From Gnetum montanum (Eukaryota > Plantae > Gnetophyta), in NCBI GenBank assembly GCA_015680685.1, contig MNCI01001519.1, positions 263,318 through 327,317 on the forward strand: DNA of 64,000 bases. Reading direction: 5' to 3'. Each line of letters opens with the position of its first letter. Position 1 is the stretch's first letter. Positions 36,919-49,590 of the stretch are shown piece by piece. Both the position numbers and the translations under genes were made by a program. The notes below the pieces were generated by a model. It saw only the letters and a list, made by a program, of their open reading frames with translations, was not told the DNA's origin and did no database searches.

Positions 36919-39900
36919 GGAACTGAACATAATGGGAGGAGGGAGTGAGGCACAAGACGAAGATAAAGGGAATGAAGCACATGATGCAAATGGGCGGGGG
37001 CTGCATGGAGGGCGTGGCAACTATAGTAGGCCCAGAGGGGGAGGATTGGAGGTGCTAGAACTGAGGAGGGCATTGGAGAGGACAGCAGTCCTACGGGGCT
37101 TGGGGGAGGTAGCCCTGGAGGCCTAGGCACAAGGTGGGAGCAGTTGGTTTTTTTTTTTTTGTTGGGGGGGNGGGGGGCGCTGTTGACTTGAACCCTAAGG
37201 ATGGGGGCATTGAGTTAGTCTCTCGGTTGAGGGAAATGATGTTACTGTAAGTAAAAGGATCATCCCAAGACAGAGTTGTGCACTATGGAGTTAAACCTTG
37301 TTGGGAAATTTGTGTCCTCTAGGTCATGTCTGAGGCTAGATTTGATTATGCATCAGGTGGTGGCCTTGTGGGTCATGGGGGAGGTCTAGGTTTAGTCACT
37401 CACAAGGGACCTCTATTGTTTGTTTTTTAAACTCGAGGAACAAGACCATGTCTTGTTGGGGGATTTGTGGTTCTTTGGGCCTGGTCCTTATGCATTGGTA
37501 GCCTGGGATGCATTAGGAGATTGGCCTTTTCTTGAGGGCTCTTATTTGGGTCGAGATCTCAGGTGTGCCTTGGGAGCTCTGGATGGTGGATTTCTTGAAG
37601 GCTTTGATGGGCCATTTTGGGGAGTTTATCTCCTTTGATAAATTCATGGCATCAAAGGAATGTATGGGCTATGCAAGGTTCTACATTTGTAGGTCATTAT
37701 CCTCTAGCTACTTATTGAGGAAAGTCATCCTAGACCTACCTTCTGGGGAGGAGAAGCTCATTGTGCAATATGAGAACATTTGCTTTGACATTTTGGTCTT
37801 GATCCCACCACAGTGTAGACCCCTTGGCATCTTGTGGAACCTACGGTAAGGGCAGCCAAGCCACTAAGGATTGTAGGGTGCATTCCAGGGCATCTGGGCT
37901 AAACAAACGACCAAACACTGACAGTTGAATGTTGGTGGGGAAAAAGGGGTGAACCTCTCTAATGTCTTCTCCCTCAAGTCGTGGGGAGGAGGGCTCCTAC
38001 CAAGGGGTCATGGTAGTTGGGAAGGGGGATGTGCCTTCTCCTCTCCCAACCCGGGGTCCCTATTGTTGCCCTAGGGGTCCAAGGCATCTACACACCGCCC
38101 CTTTGTATTTCTCTGAGGGGGAACTCTTGCCGCTTGGGGATTGGGTCTTGGCGGTGCATGGCATAACCCGGCCCCCAATGGATCTAGTTTCTAGGAAGAT
38201 TCTGAAGGAAGAAGAACATGGCTTTATAATTGCTAATGAATCTTGAAAGGTGGGAAAACCTTCTAGACAAGAAATACAAAACAAGAAGATGCAAAAAGAT
38301 ATGGACTTGGGATCTCAAGTGACCCTCAAAGTGGTGTACAAAAAACCACCCTCCAATAGACCATGAAGATCTTATCATGGAATTGCAGGGAACAAGGTAC
38401 CCTTTATAAAAGAAGTACGCTAAAAGAATAAGTGCATGATGAAGGTTGTATGATGTTGTGCCTCTAGGAAACTAAGCTACACACCATCCACTGTAATCTT
38501 CTATGATGGTAGGGTTGGTTTTCCTACTTTGTTGGTTACCCTCTCACGCACGCCTTTTGATGTTGTGGATGAATCTACCTAGAGTCTCACTATGTTCCTG
38601 CCCTCGTAGGGACTCTGGATTATGAACTTCTATGGCCCCCAAAACTAGGGGGAGCATCTTCATGAGCTTCATAGGATTATTGGTCATGTTCCTAACCGTC
38701 ACATGTGGCTACTAATTAGGGATTTCCATTAGCGTTTGTATGCTTGGGAGAAGACTGGAAGCCATGAGTTCTTGCAAATGCTCTAGGCTTACAATCGAGT
38801 GGATTTGGATATCAAAGGTTGCCTTTTCACTTGGAACAGTAGGAGAAAAGGTAAGGACTGTATCCTCTCTTGGATTGATAGGGTCTAGGTTAAAACTGAG
38901 ATCCTCCTTAATAATGAGGTCTTGGTTACTAGCCATATGCGACGGGCTTCTGATTGTCGTGCCCTTTATGCATGATCCATAAACCGGATAGGCTGGGATT
39001 TATGCCTTTTAGATTTGAGTGGGCATGGTTGAAAAAACAATGGCTGTGAAAAATGGTAATTGACATATGGGGAAAGTATCCCACATAGATAAACCCTCGA
39101 GATTTTTTGAAATAGGGGCTCTCATGTCTCAAAAAGTAGATCAAGAGCCTATAGATGATGGAGAAGTACTCTTTCATGACTGCCTGGAGTCTCACTATGT
39201 TGTGGATGAATTTGTCTAGAGTCTCACTATGTTCTTGCCCTCGTAGGGACTTTGGATTATGAACTTCTATGGCCTCTAGAACTAGGGGGAGCATCTTCAT
39301 GAGCTTTAGAGGATTGTTGGTCATGTTTCTAACCGTCACATGTGGCTACTAATTGGGGATTTCAATTAGCATTTGTATGCTTGGGAGAAGACTGGGGGAA
39401 GAGATTGACCCTCCACTTGGAAGCCATGAGTTCTTGCAAATGCTCTAGGCTTACAACTGAGTAAATTTGGATATCAAAGGTTGCCTTTTCACTTGGAACA
39501 ATAGGAGAAAAGGTAAGGATTGTATCCTCTCTTGGATTGATAGGGTCTAGGTTAAAATTGAGATCCTCCTTAATAATGAGGTCTCGGTTATTGGCCATAT
39601 GCGAAGGGCTTCTGATTGTCGTGCCCTTTCTGCATGATCCATAAACTCGATAGGCTGGGATTTATGTCTTTTATATTTGAGTGGGTGTGGTTGAAAAAAC
39701 AATGGCTGTGAAAAATGGTAATGGACATATGGGGAAAGTATTCCACACAGATAAACCCTCAAGATTTTTTGAAACAGGGCTCTCATGTCTCAAAAAGTAG
39801 ATTAGGAGCCTATTGATGATGGAGAAGTACTCTTTCATGATTGCCTAGGCTACGCTCTAGCAAAGGCTATTGGACATTCAAGCCCAGTAGGAGAATGATG

Positions 39901-42541
39901 AATCTTTGGAGGAGGAGGAGCACAACTTACTTCTAGAGTTGTAGCTATTGGTTAGGGAAGAGGAGCAGTACTGGAAGGAGAGATCTAGGGTCCAATGGCT
40001 TAGGGAGGGGGGACAGGAACACTTACTTCTTCTTTGCCACTGCAAAAGCCAATAATCAAGCCAAAAAGATTCACCACATTCTTCAAGGGCAAACCCTCTT
40101 GCATGATTTGCATAACATTACTCAAGAGATGCAGAAGTTTTGGGTGGGGGTTTGGATGGGGGGAGGTTCCTCCCCTGTCTTCATCTAGATTGAAAAGGTC
40201 ATTGGGGAGGAGGATAGCAACCAGCTAGTTGACCCAATCACCATGCTGGAACTCTTTGAAGCCATGGCTTTGCTCAAAACTATTAAGGCCCTGGGACTAG
40301 ATGGTTGGCCTATTGAGTTCTTCCGAGAATTCTTAGATATCTTGGGAAGTAATATTTTAGATGTCTTCATCACATGCTAAAGTGGGTATAGGTTTGCCAT
40401 GAGATCAACTACTCATGAATTGTGCTTATCCCGAAGATCCCAAACCCCATGAAGCTCGTGCACTACAGACTAATTGGGGTGTGTAATACACTTCTCAAAC
40501 TCTTCACCAAAATTCTCGTTAGACAGCTACAACCGTTGATGCCGTCTTTGGTTGGCACCCACTGGGTTGGCTTTATTAAGGGGAGATATATCCAAGATTA
40601 GATCTTGCTGCTTCAAGAACTCATGCACTCCATATAGAGAGCTAGGATCCTTGGTATGTGCATCAAACTTGATATTGCAAAGGCCTATGACACTATTCAG
40701 TGGGATGCTCTTTGGGACATTATCCTCATGAAATGGATACACCCAAAATTTGTGGCCCTCTATATTAATCTTCAAGCCACGGGGGCCTATTCCTTCAATT
40801 TGCATGGGCGGCTTTGGGGGTTTTCCTCCCCCAACAAGGGGCTACATTAAGGTGACCCCCTTTCTCCCTATCTATTTATCATCATTATGGATACTATGAA
40901 GCTTTATTGTAGGGTGGAGGAGGTCAGATGGTTAAATATTGAGAGGGCTACCTACATCATTGAACATTATGTTGATGACACAATTCGTATGACATAGGTA
41001 GCTGTCCCACAAGCCTTGGCTATCAATAGGGCTCTATGCAGAATGGCGAAAGAAATCAAGTTGGAGCCTAACTGGGGAAAATCTGCAATACACTTCTTCC
41101 ACACAGAGGGGCAAGGTAAAATGCAGGTTTGTTAGAAGCTTGGGATTTTGCAGGGTACGATGCAAGACTCATATCTAAAAGTGCCCATGTTTTCCTAGGA
41201 TAGACTAGTGACCTAGACTTGTTTGATTTAGAGGCTCCAATCTTGGACATGATTTTTAACAAGAAAAGGAAAAATCATTTTGGCCATGTTTGTCCTTTTG
41301 GCCATCGTTAGATAGGCTGCCTCCATTGCTGCCTTGTTGAAGGGTGTCATCAACAAGGTCAACCAAATTATATGGATATTCATATGATCCGAAGGAAAAA
41401 GGGGGGAATGCTTGCACATGGTTTGCTGGAAAAAGGTGGCTACCACAACTGTTCTTTGGTGCATCTTGAAAGCTAGGAACGAAAAAATTTTTCACCTAGG
41501 GCCACTTTGTCCCCTGGTGCAAACGACACTCTTGGCTACGCAGTTGTGGAAGGAGGCTATCGTGGCAATGGGGGTGACACCGACCCACGAACCTAACACA
41601 TGAATTTAACCAAGAATTGTGGGCTTTGGTCATGCAGGTGGGGTGGGTTCATCTGTTGCCATTGTTGGTGGGGGACCTCGACCTCCCCAATGCTAATTTC
41701 TACAAGTAATCAAGGGGGGATTTCACTATGTTCTGTGAGATGCACATAAACCTCATAGAATCTACTTTGGTGGAGTACCTAGGGGTGCATGCGGTTGAGG
41801 AGGTGGTACTACTAACCGACTAGGTGTTGCAGGACATGGAGGGCTTCTTCCAAGGGCTGGTATTGAAAATTGGCAGTGGCTAGGTCCCGAAGTCGGTGCT
41901 CCTACTACTTTGGCAGGAGGTTGCAAAGCTCGTTGATAGATATTTTGTTTAGTCTGGGAAAGTCTGGAAGCTACAAGGGGTTCACTTTGCATTCTTGAGC
42001 TACATGCGCTTAGGCTAGTAGGTCATCCCTAAGTTCTTTTGGGCTTCCCTTTGGCGGGAGCTGCAGGGGAGACACTCTAGGCTTATCTTGACTCTTTGGA
42101 GGGTGGTGTAGCCACTTAATCCAACACCTGTTAGACCCTCATCTTTCACGGTTGTTTATGAGTGGCACCAACCTATCATTGAGGGGGTTTCTTCCTCCTT
42201 TGTCCTTGCATTGTCAGACGACACGATGAGGGTGGAGGAGGGGTCACATTTGGCCACCAACTAACTGCTAGACTTGTGGGAATAGACCTTGCAAGCTTAG
42301 GAAATTGTGCGTTGGGAGCAGTAGGACAAATTCCAGGAGGACCTCATGAAGGCTATGGCTGAGCTGGAAGCAAGGATGTGTGGACAAGAGCACACTAAGT
42401 GGGAGGTGGAGTTGCTTAAACTGGACCAACAGGATCAGCCAAGGCGATGGAGGAAATTCAAATGTTGTAAAGAATCACTTATGCTAAGCAAAACATCCCT
42501 AGATATTAATCCAGCTTGACCATTTCTCCAAAAAAAAAAAA
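36919..42541 (+). mobile_element. L1-type LINE copy D, near full-length and degenerate: ORF1, APE endonuclease, RT, Transposase_32-like; J-domain not recognisable
   Basis: ORF1 WVEISGVPWELW...YARFYI...VQYEN (DUF4283-type, 37532-37849). ORF2 starts MKILSWNCR at 38363. CIKLDIAKAYD, GDPLSP, HYVDD; LWCILKARN; HSRLILTLWR at 42073-42102. The 3' end cttgaccatttc(A)n resembles copy C. Confidence 0.85.
38561..39846 (+). repeat. ~640-bp tandem duplication within the endonuclease region of LINE copy D
   Basis: tgttgtggatgaa...gagaagtactctttcatga.tgcct occurs at ~38561-39185 and ~39198-39846, with paired ORFs 38712-38936 and 39362-39598. Confidence 0.9.
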
Positions 42542-42756
42542 CACACACACACACACAACATTCTATATGATCACCATTTAAAAATAACATAATCATGATA
42601 TACATAATATTCCTAATTTATAGGTCAAGTTCCTCAACAGCATGTGTTTATGTATATTATAAATGAATCACTTATGCTAAGCAAAACATAAATGTTTCAA
42701 ACCTTGAGGCATAACATAAGGAATCTCTTTATCATTTCTTTTCAAATTTGATTGCT

Positions 42757-43085
42757 AAATACTCTGGATCTCCTGCATGAGCTGATTCGCCCCGACTGTG
42801 CCTGCAGACAGCTCCCTAAGAACCCCTAAGGGGGTGTGGAGTCTTAGGGGCGCCCTTCCCCAATATCCCCTCCTTTTGGGAATCGTTGTTTTCTTTTTCG
42901 ATGACCTTTCGCGGCTCTCGGCCGCCGGCCGGATGGACGTGGCGAGTTGCCGGCATCGGTCGGGGGATCTTTCCCCTCGGAGGGGCCACCGCTGGTGACC
43001 CCTGTTGTAATCTCCTGTAACTATTTTTTGATCTTTTCCGTAATAGAATCCCGAATACTTTCTCAAAAAAGAAAAAGAAAAAAAA
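42757..43085 (+). mobile_element. Short 3' fragment (copy E) of the copy-B LINE subfamily
   Basis: Encodes NTLDLLHELIRPDCACRQLPKNP*. The 3'UTR matches the reverse complement of 24601-25000; A-rich tail at 43065-43085. Confidence 0.9.
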
Positions 43086-43384
43086 GGGTGAAGTCAACCA
43101 GGAGTTGCTTAAAATTTGGAAAGCATTGAAAACTTTTTTCTCATTTCAGTGGCCCTTTTTCTATCCTAGAAAGGTAGGGGAAGCAGCATACAAATTAGCC
43201 TTGTAATACTGCAAAGCATAGATATGTTTATTCTTTTCCAGATTTTTTCACTTCGATATATGCATGAACTCACTTAAAGAAATATGAGTGTTGATGAGAT
43301 GACCTTTGGTTAAATTAATCAGTTTATATTATATATTCATCAACTTGTGTTCAGATCTTCATCCCAAGAAAACTATCAGGAAAA

Positions 43385-45350
43385 ATCATAAATTGTTTGG
43401 TGCAGCTTTCTGTTTTTGGGAACATCCGCAATAGGTTGGATGGATGAAACCAAATGAACACACTGCTATCGTAAAAGGTGTAGAATAACAAGAGGAGAAA
43501 AACCAAATAGAAGATTCTATAAGAAAGGATTTTCTAAAGATGATAAAAAGAATAAAAGGAAAATTTCTTGTTTCATTTTCAATGTCAATCATTATATATC
43601 CAAGTGCCCACAGAAAAAATCTGATAGATTTTTTTTTTTTTTTTTAAGAAATTCTTCACACATCATATTACTAAAGACCAATATGAAATAGTAAGTGGTA
43701 CTGAAAGCTGTTGTTTACATATTGAAATTTTTCTGAAGAAGATACATTCAACTGAGATTCAAATATGTAAATTATTGTTCAATGCATTAATCAACTTGAT
43801 ATAAAAGTTGAAGATTATCGTACTTGTAGCTCCAATAAATCATATAAAATTAATATGCATAAGCAATTAAAAATTGCCAAAAAAGAAGTAGAATAATTGA
43901 GAAGAGCTCATAAACAAGTCTCAATATCTGATGTTGCCAAAAAATTATCATATTAGAAGAAATATTTTGATGCTAGGGACAGATACAATATGCTTGCAGG
44001 AAAGGCTATTGCAGATCTGGTTGAAGAAGATAAAATGTTAACATCCTCATAAGACTTTGAAAAATGGGCACAGAAAGAAGCTGCATACCACATACATCCT
44101 ACTACATTTATATTACAGCCATATTTTAATTCGAAGCCTCCTCATCCAAAGTTGCAAGCAAGAAAGGATACTCAGACAAGCAAGAATAAAACAATTAAAA
44201 AATTTTATTGAAAGATCACAGAATGAATTAGCTAAATTGCAATCTTTTGAACATGCTACTGATAAAGAATGGTATGGAACCAAAATTAAAGCTGCTAATA
44301 AAAATGTGTCTTCATTTCTTAGGATAGGAATGGTCTCTCATTTAACAAACCTTTATCTGTAATCTACAAATTAAAATATAAGGCTTAAAGCCTTGATTCT
44401 TTTTCAGCAATCATTGATTCCAGTGCAGAGCCTAGCCTAGCCCAGCCCATTTTTCAGTCGTTTATGAAGATCTCTGGCAGTAGAATGATGCCTGAATATT
44501 ATGCAGATATTCTATTTTTATTCCATGATGGCGTTATCCCCAATAGAGGTCTCCACTATGAACTATGAACTAGCAGAGTATGATATGATTCTAGGCATAG
44601 ACAAGTTAGACATACTAGGCCCATATAGTACAGATAAAAGGTTTATTAAATTTCTCAATGGTAATATTATTTTTAAAAAAATCAAAATATATATCCAGGT
44701 TTCCTTCCAGGCAGAGGATGAAAGAAATATCTAGTCAATAATAAATTTTGTTAAGACTCCTGATGCAGAATTCTAGGGCGGACCTGTGACAGGTTGAAAA
44801 TGGTCCAACTGATTAGGTTTATTATTGTTGTAAAAATGATTGTTGTATTAAAGGGATTAATCTACTTTTTTTCCAACTCTATTATTAATGTGTATAAAGT
44901 TTGCTCAAAGGCACATCAACAACAACGCTTGGTAAAACCATCTGGAAGCAAATAATCAAAAGAGGATAAACAATTATTGTTAGCTACTCCCAATGAGTAG
45001 CAAATAGTTAAAGTGATATCCTTGACCATTCTATATGTTTATTTCTAGAACATGGAATCATTGTTTTCAGAGATCAAGAGAACAATAAGGAGCATTAATA
45101 AAGATATGTTATCCATTTCTAGGATACCTTGTAAACTCAAGCTACATATGTCTAAGATAGCAACAGCAATCACCACCTATTTTGAGGATGCTAATAAAGA
45201 ACGTAATTAGGAAAAAATGATCTATTGCTAGGGCCACAAACATAAACATACCCAATAACAGTGGGAAAATGCCTTGCAAACGCTTATGCTAAAACTCCTA
45301 TCCTGAACTTCTTTTCAGGAAATATGAGTATTTCAGTTGGTAATCAATAA
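43385..45350 (+). mobile_element. Endogenous caulimovirid (pararetrovirus)-like fragment including an aspartic protease
   Basis: Joined frames give TFICNLQIKI*GLKP*FF/SAIIDSSAEPSLA (~44350-44445) and YDMILGIDKLDILGPYSTDKRFIKF (~44579-44653), resembling the CaMV-type protease (SIYIKGRLYFKGYK..LHCFVDTGASLCIA...DFIIGNNF..LYEPF...DRVIF). Flanked by A-rich, Lys/Glu-rich broken ORFs; boundaries approximate. Confidence 0.55.
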
Positions 45351-47056
45351 CTAGTTTAGCTATATATTTATGATATATATCTATTATTTGGACAAGATAA
45401 TTTTTTATATTTTTTAAATTAAAAAATCTCAAATTGATTCATTAAGAATTGATTTAAGGCCTAGGTTATAGAATAGTTGGACTCTCGCAAATGATAATTC
45501 TCGTTAAAAAGTTCATCTATTATCCCAATATTATGATGATAATTATTTATTTACCATGGTAAAGTCCAGCCAAAAAAAAAAAAAAAAGAATAGAAAAGAA
45601 AGAAAAACGTGACCAAGAGAACTCCCCCCATTGTTACGGTGATAAAATTATTTTACCGTGACAGAAGAAGACTCTTTTGGATGGGGATAGTAATTGACCT
45701 CTCAACCAAAATAACAGTATTGAAAATCAACTGAAACTCGACTTTATTAAAGCATAAAATAAAGGTACGTATACAATGGAATAAGCAAGTGGTTTCAGAA
45801 CTGAAGAACCACTCATTCAAATTTTTGATAGTTACGTAATTAGTACATGTTAAAGCTGTAATCATAAAGTGGTTATTATTACAATAACAAGTAATAGAAC
45901 ATTAAACATACACTACTTAACTACTCCTGCATAAATAAAAATTAATATTAATATTGATATGTTAATAACCGTGAAATAAAATTAAGAAAAACATAATTCT
46001 ATCTATATCGTATAAGCCTAAGACTAAGATCCATAAATGTTCTACCTTGCGATCTGATAAATTTCCATGGTTGAAACCAAAAGCACAAAATCTACTTGCT
46101 GCAATCAAGAAGGCCTGCAATCACTGCATCAATGCCCAAGTTATGATAGATCTATCCATACATTTTCGGTGCCTAAGTCTACAGTGAGATTGTCCCATGC
46201 AAGAACATTGATTTTCGGCTACGAATTTTTATAGGTAGATAAAGAAGACTTTTCTTCGAGTGGAAGTGCCAAAAAGTGAATCTTCTACTAGATCTGAGAA
46301 AATTCTAAACAGAGGGCTATCTTTGTAATATGTATACCAAAAAATTAAAATATTTGTTGATAGTATTGTGGTCATGATTGTATCTTGTATTTGAATTTCA
46401 GATCTTCTTGGAGGTACTACTTAGTCTCTTATGTAATCATTGTAGAAAACATACTAATTTAGATGTTGCCACAAATATTGCCATCCCAGTTGACAGACCT
46501 ACTGTATAACCACTGAGTTGATAGCTTAATGGTAAGGTTGTAGCTGTTCCAAATCATCACAAAGGCATATGTGTGCACAAAATGCATACAGAATGATATC
46601 TATGTAGTGTCTTATATTGTTAACTTTAGGTCTTGTCCATGTTGAACTTTAATGCTACACATGGGAGAGCTATGGGTTCCTTGTGTTTTTATGGGTGTGC
46701 AGTCTTAAAGGGTGCGCTGGATTTAACATGTTAACAAAGCTTAATGTACTGATATATTGTGCTGGATTTAACATGTTAACAAAGCTTAATGTACTGATGT
46801 ATTGTAATTTTTAGGTGTGATTTTTTCTAGGAGTTTTGAAAGGTTAACTTGTTCAATTTAGTTCACAAATCGGCAACATTTTTTTTTTTTGGAAATGTTT
46901 TTGGAGATTTACCATGGAATTTTTATTTTACCTATTGAATCTGTCTAAACTCAGAATTCTGAATGGTTTTACAGGAATAAAAAGTCTTTTGAATTATTTT
47001 CATTTATAACAATATGTGATGGTCAAATGGCTGCACATCTATTGATTTATGGACAG

Positions 47057-47192
47057 GAATCAGATACTGCTTCGCTATAAAATTCGAAATGCTCTTCAAT
47101 GTGGCTTATCTTTGCTAGTAGAGGAGGATGCATTAGATGATGGCAATGAGAGTGATGGCCGCTTGCTCAAGTCAATTTTCCACCTCTTGCAG
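47057..47192 (+). CDS. F-box/cullin-repeat-like protein, exon 5
   Basis: Acceptor GGACAG|, phase 2. Encodes NQILLRYKIRNALQCGLSLLVEEDALDDGNESDGRLLKSIFHLLQ, like cullin (I...L...LL.LI..ER.GE..DR.LLKSI..ML). Donor CAG|GTATAT, phase 0. Confidence 0.8.
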
Positions 47193-48316
47193 GTATATAA
47201 CTATATTTTGCTGTCACTTTAAGAAAGAGTTAATTTTGAATTTTGTTTGGCAACTACGCAAAATGATTACAACTTAAAAATGATATTTGTAGATTTGCTT
47301 TACGGAAAGCATTTTCTACAATTGCGGAAATAAACTAGAAACTCTTTGCATATCCACAATGTTTTAAAAACCATCTCAACATGCATATTTAAGGATTTTT
47401 TTTATACAATACCCAGCAAGCATTCTTTAAAAAGTCTGAAAATATAGTACTTGGCATTGTAAATGAAAGCCAACCCAATATTACAATTTATTAATGTTAC
47501 AATCAATCATACACATGACAATCTAAATGTCACCACCAAACCAAACACAACCTCACAACAAAGCATGCAAACACACCCTTCCACAATTATTGAGACCAAA
47601 ACCCAAGCAAAAAAGTGGTTTGTTATAGTATGAGTTATACAAAGATCAAAATTAAAATTCAGTGATATGGATTTTTTGGTAATGACCATAAACAGTAGTA
47701 ATGATGATAGCTGTGCCATTTCATAGTAAAAGTAGGGTTTCAGTCACAACAAATGAAACATCTTACAACATGAGGGTGAATTCAGAAGGCTATTGTTACA
47801 GTTGATCTCATTGCAAAAGCTGTATCATGTATCAACTTATGAAGGGGGAAGCTACACGTGCAGTAAAAACTGGTTAGCAAGGTTTGCACAATGATTAGCA
47901 AGTTGAGGGTGCTCTAATTCCGTTGATTCTTGAGCTTGATTTCATGTCAAATCCAAAACAGAAAGCGCATCCTTTCAATGGTATCACAAAGCACAAAAGA
48001 TTTGAATTTCTTTTGTTAACTGAAAAATTAAGAGGCATAAAACTTACCAAAAAAGTTGGATAAACATTTGTTAATAAAGGTAGTAATTTCCTATTCTTCC
48101 TTTAAAAGGGAGCAGCTGATTTCAGTCCTGTCTCTTATGTCTCTTTGCTGAATTTCTTGACTTGATTCTAAAATATGAAACATGGAACTTTGCAGCAAAA
48201 TTTGCAAGAACTTATGCTAACTAAAAATATTGATTGACTTAGGTGCTCAGGTCCTCTAAAGGGAATGCAACTGATGCCTTTAATGACTCTTATGTCTTTT
48301 AGCCAACTGTAATAAT

Positions 48317-48795
48317 GAGGTGTTAGCTTAGTGGTAAGATACTTGAGTCGGAAGCTCCAGGTCATGAGTTTGATTCCAGTGGGCAATGCTGAGTTATATA
48401 AAGTTGTAATTGGACTATATATCTTAGGGTGTACCTATGTTTCACCTGTTTCAGGTTCCAGCAATCCCCTTTTAGCCAAATGTAACAAAGACCACTGTGA
48501 TTGTAGAGGTCCTTGGAATAGGTTCTTTTTAAAAAACATGCAAGTGTCTATAGTTTGTAGTAAGGAATGGAATTGTGGAAGAAACTCAAAGAATTAGAAT
48601 TACAAAAAGTAGATAAACTTTGTATTAAGAAGAAAACCCCATGTTGGAACAGAATGAAAAATAAATTCAATATAGCTTAGATATGGAAATTGTTTTAAAA
48701 AAAATACTTTTATTATGCCATATAAACAATGAGGTGTTAGCTTAGTGATGAGTTTTGACATGGAAACCCCAAATCATAGGTTCGATTCTAGGGTA
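48317..48795 (+). mobile_element. Two tRNA-derived SINE heads (48317-48385 and 48731-48795)
   Basis: Both start GAGGTGTTAGCTTAGTG (A-box-like) and have B-box-like GAGTTTGATTCC / GGTTCGATTC. No convincing acceptor stem. Confidence 0.5.
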
Positions 48796-49004
48796 CAGCC
48801 CTACATTATAGGATGGTCCAATAGATCCAAGAGGGTCTGAGTAGACATAAAATGCCTTTGGTTGTTTCACTTCTCATTAGCATGCTTCAAAGTCATAATT
48901 TTTTGAAATTTACTATATTTGATTTTATTGCTACATGACAAGTCTACCTTGTAAGGTTAATCTCTTTGCTTTTAATTCAGTAATACTTTTTACTATTGTT
49001 TCAG

Positions 49005-49109
49005 GAAGTTGATGTTGCAGATGATTTTACTCTCCCTCCGGAAACACATACAAGAACCCTATTGAGAAGGTGCTTCCCTTTGAAAGGAGGTTTCAACAAA
49101 ATTGTATAA
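49005..49109 (+). CDS. F-box/cullin-repeat-like protein, probable terminal exon 6
   Basis: Strong pyrimidine tract and TTTCAG| acceptor, phase 0. Encodes EVDVADDFTLPPETHTRTLLRRCFPLKGGFNKIV*. Total CDS 1431 nt = 476 aa + stop. Confidence 0.7.
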   Translation, partial: EVDVADDFTLPPETHTRTLLRRCFPLKGGFNKIV

Positions 49110-49429
49110 TGATCCCTTTTGAATCAAGACCATATTTTTCATCATAACTTAATTTAAGAGTTTTTCTAACAACATTATTAGATATATGTAGCATAAATAA
49201 TTTCCCAGATATTGTGAGCATTTCACATCCATGCAGATAAGAAATTGTGATTTTAATTTTGCTTTGTAAAGCTAGCTTCTATAACCCTCTTGGATTTGTT
49301 CTTTATTTTTGTTTTTAAGTTTATCAAATTTCATCAAGCCTTACAACATCATGGATGTTTTGTTAATTTTTATATTTGTTATAATATAGCTCATATTAAG
49401 AAATTATTAAATTCATGTGATATAAAGGA

Positions 49430-49590
49430 TCATTTCCCAAAAGCTCAATGCTCATTCTGCCATGGCAAGGCCTAGGAGGGGTGGTGGATGAGCAAAAGCT
49501 TAACCTCTTGAGTGGCTATGTCCAAGCTCGAACCTAGGTCTTACAACTTGAGAGACAAGTACCTTATCATCACTCCAAGTGGTGCTCCTT
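49430..49590 (-). mobile_element. tRNA-derived SINE (Au-like)
   Basis: Minus strand reads AAGGAGCACCACTTGGAGTGATGATAAGG...GGTTCGAGC...; homologous to 35877-35975. Confidence 0.65.

Noticed and set aside
48317-48795. tRNA-like A/B boxes as possible tRNA genes
   Set aside because: No cloverleaf or acceptor stem could be formed; treated as SINE heads.
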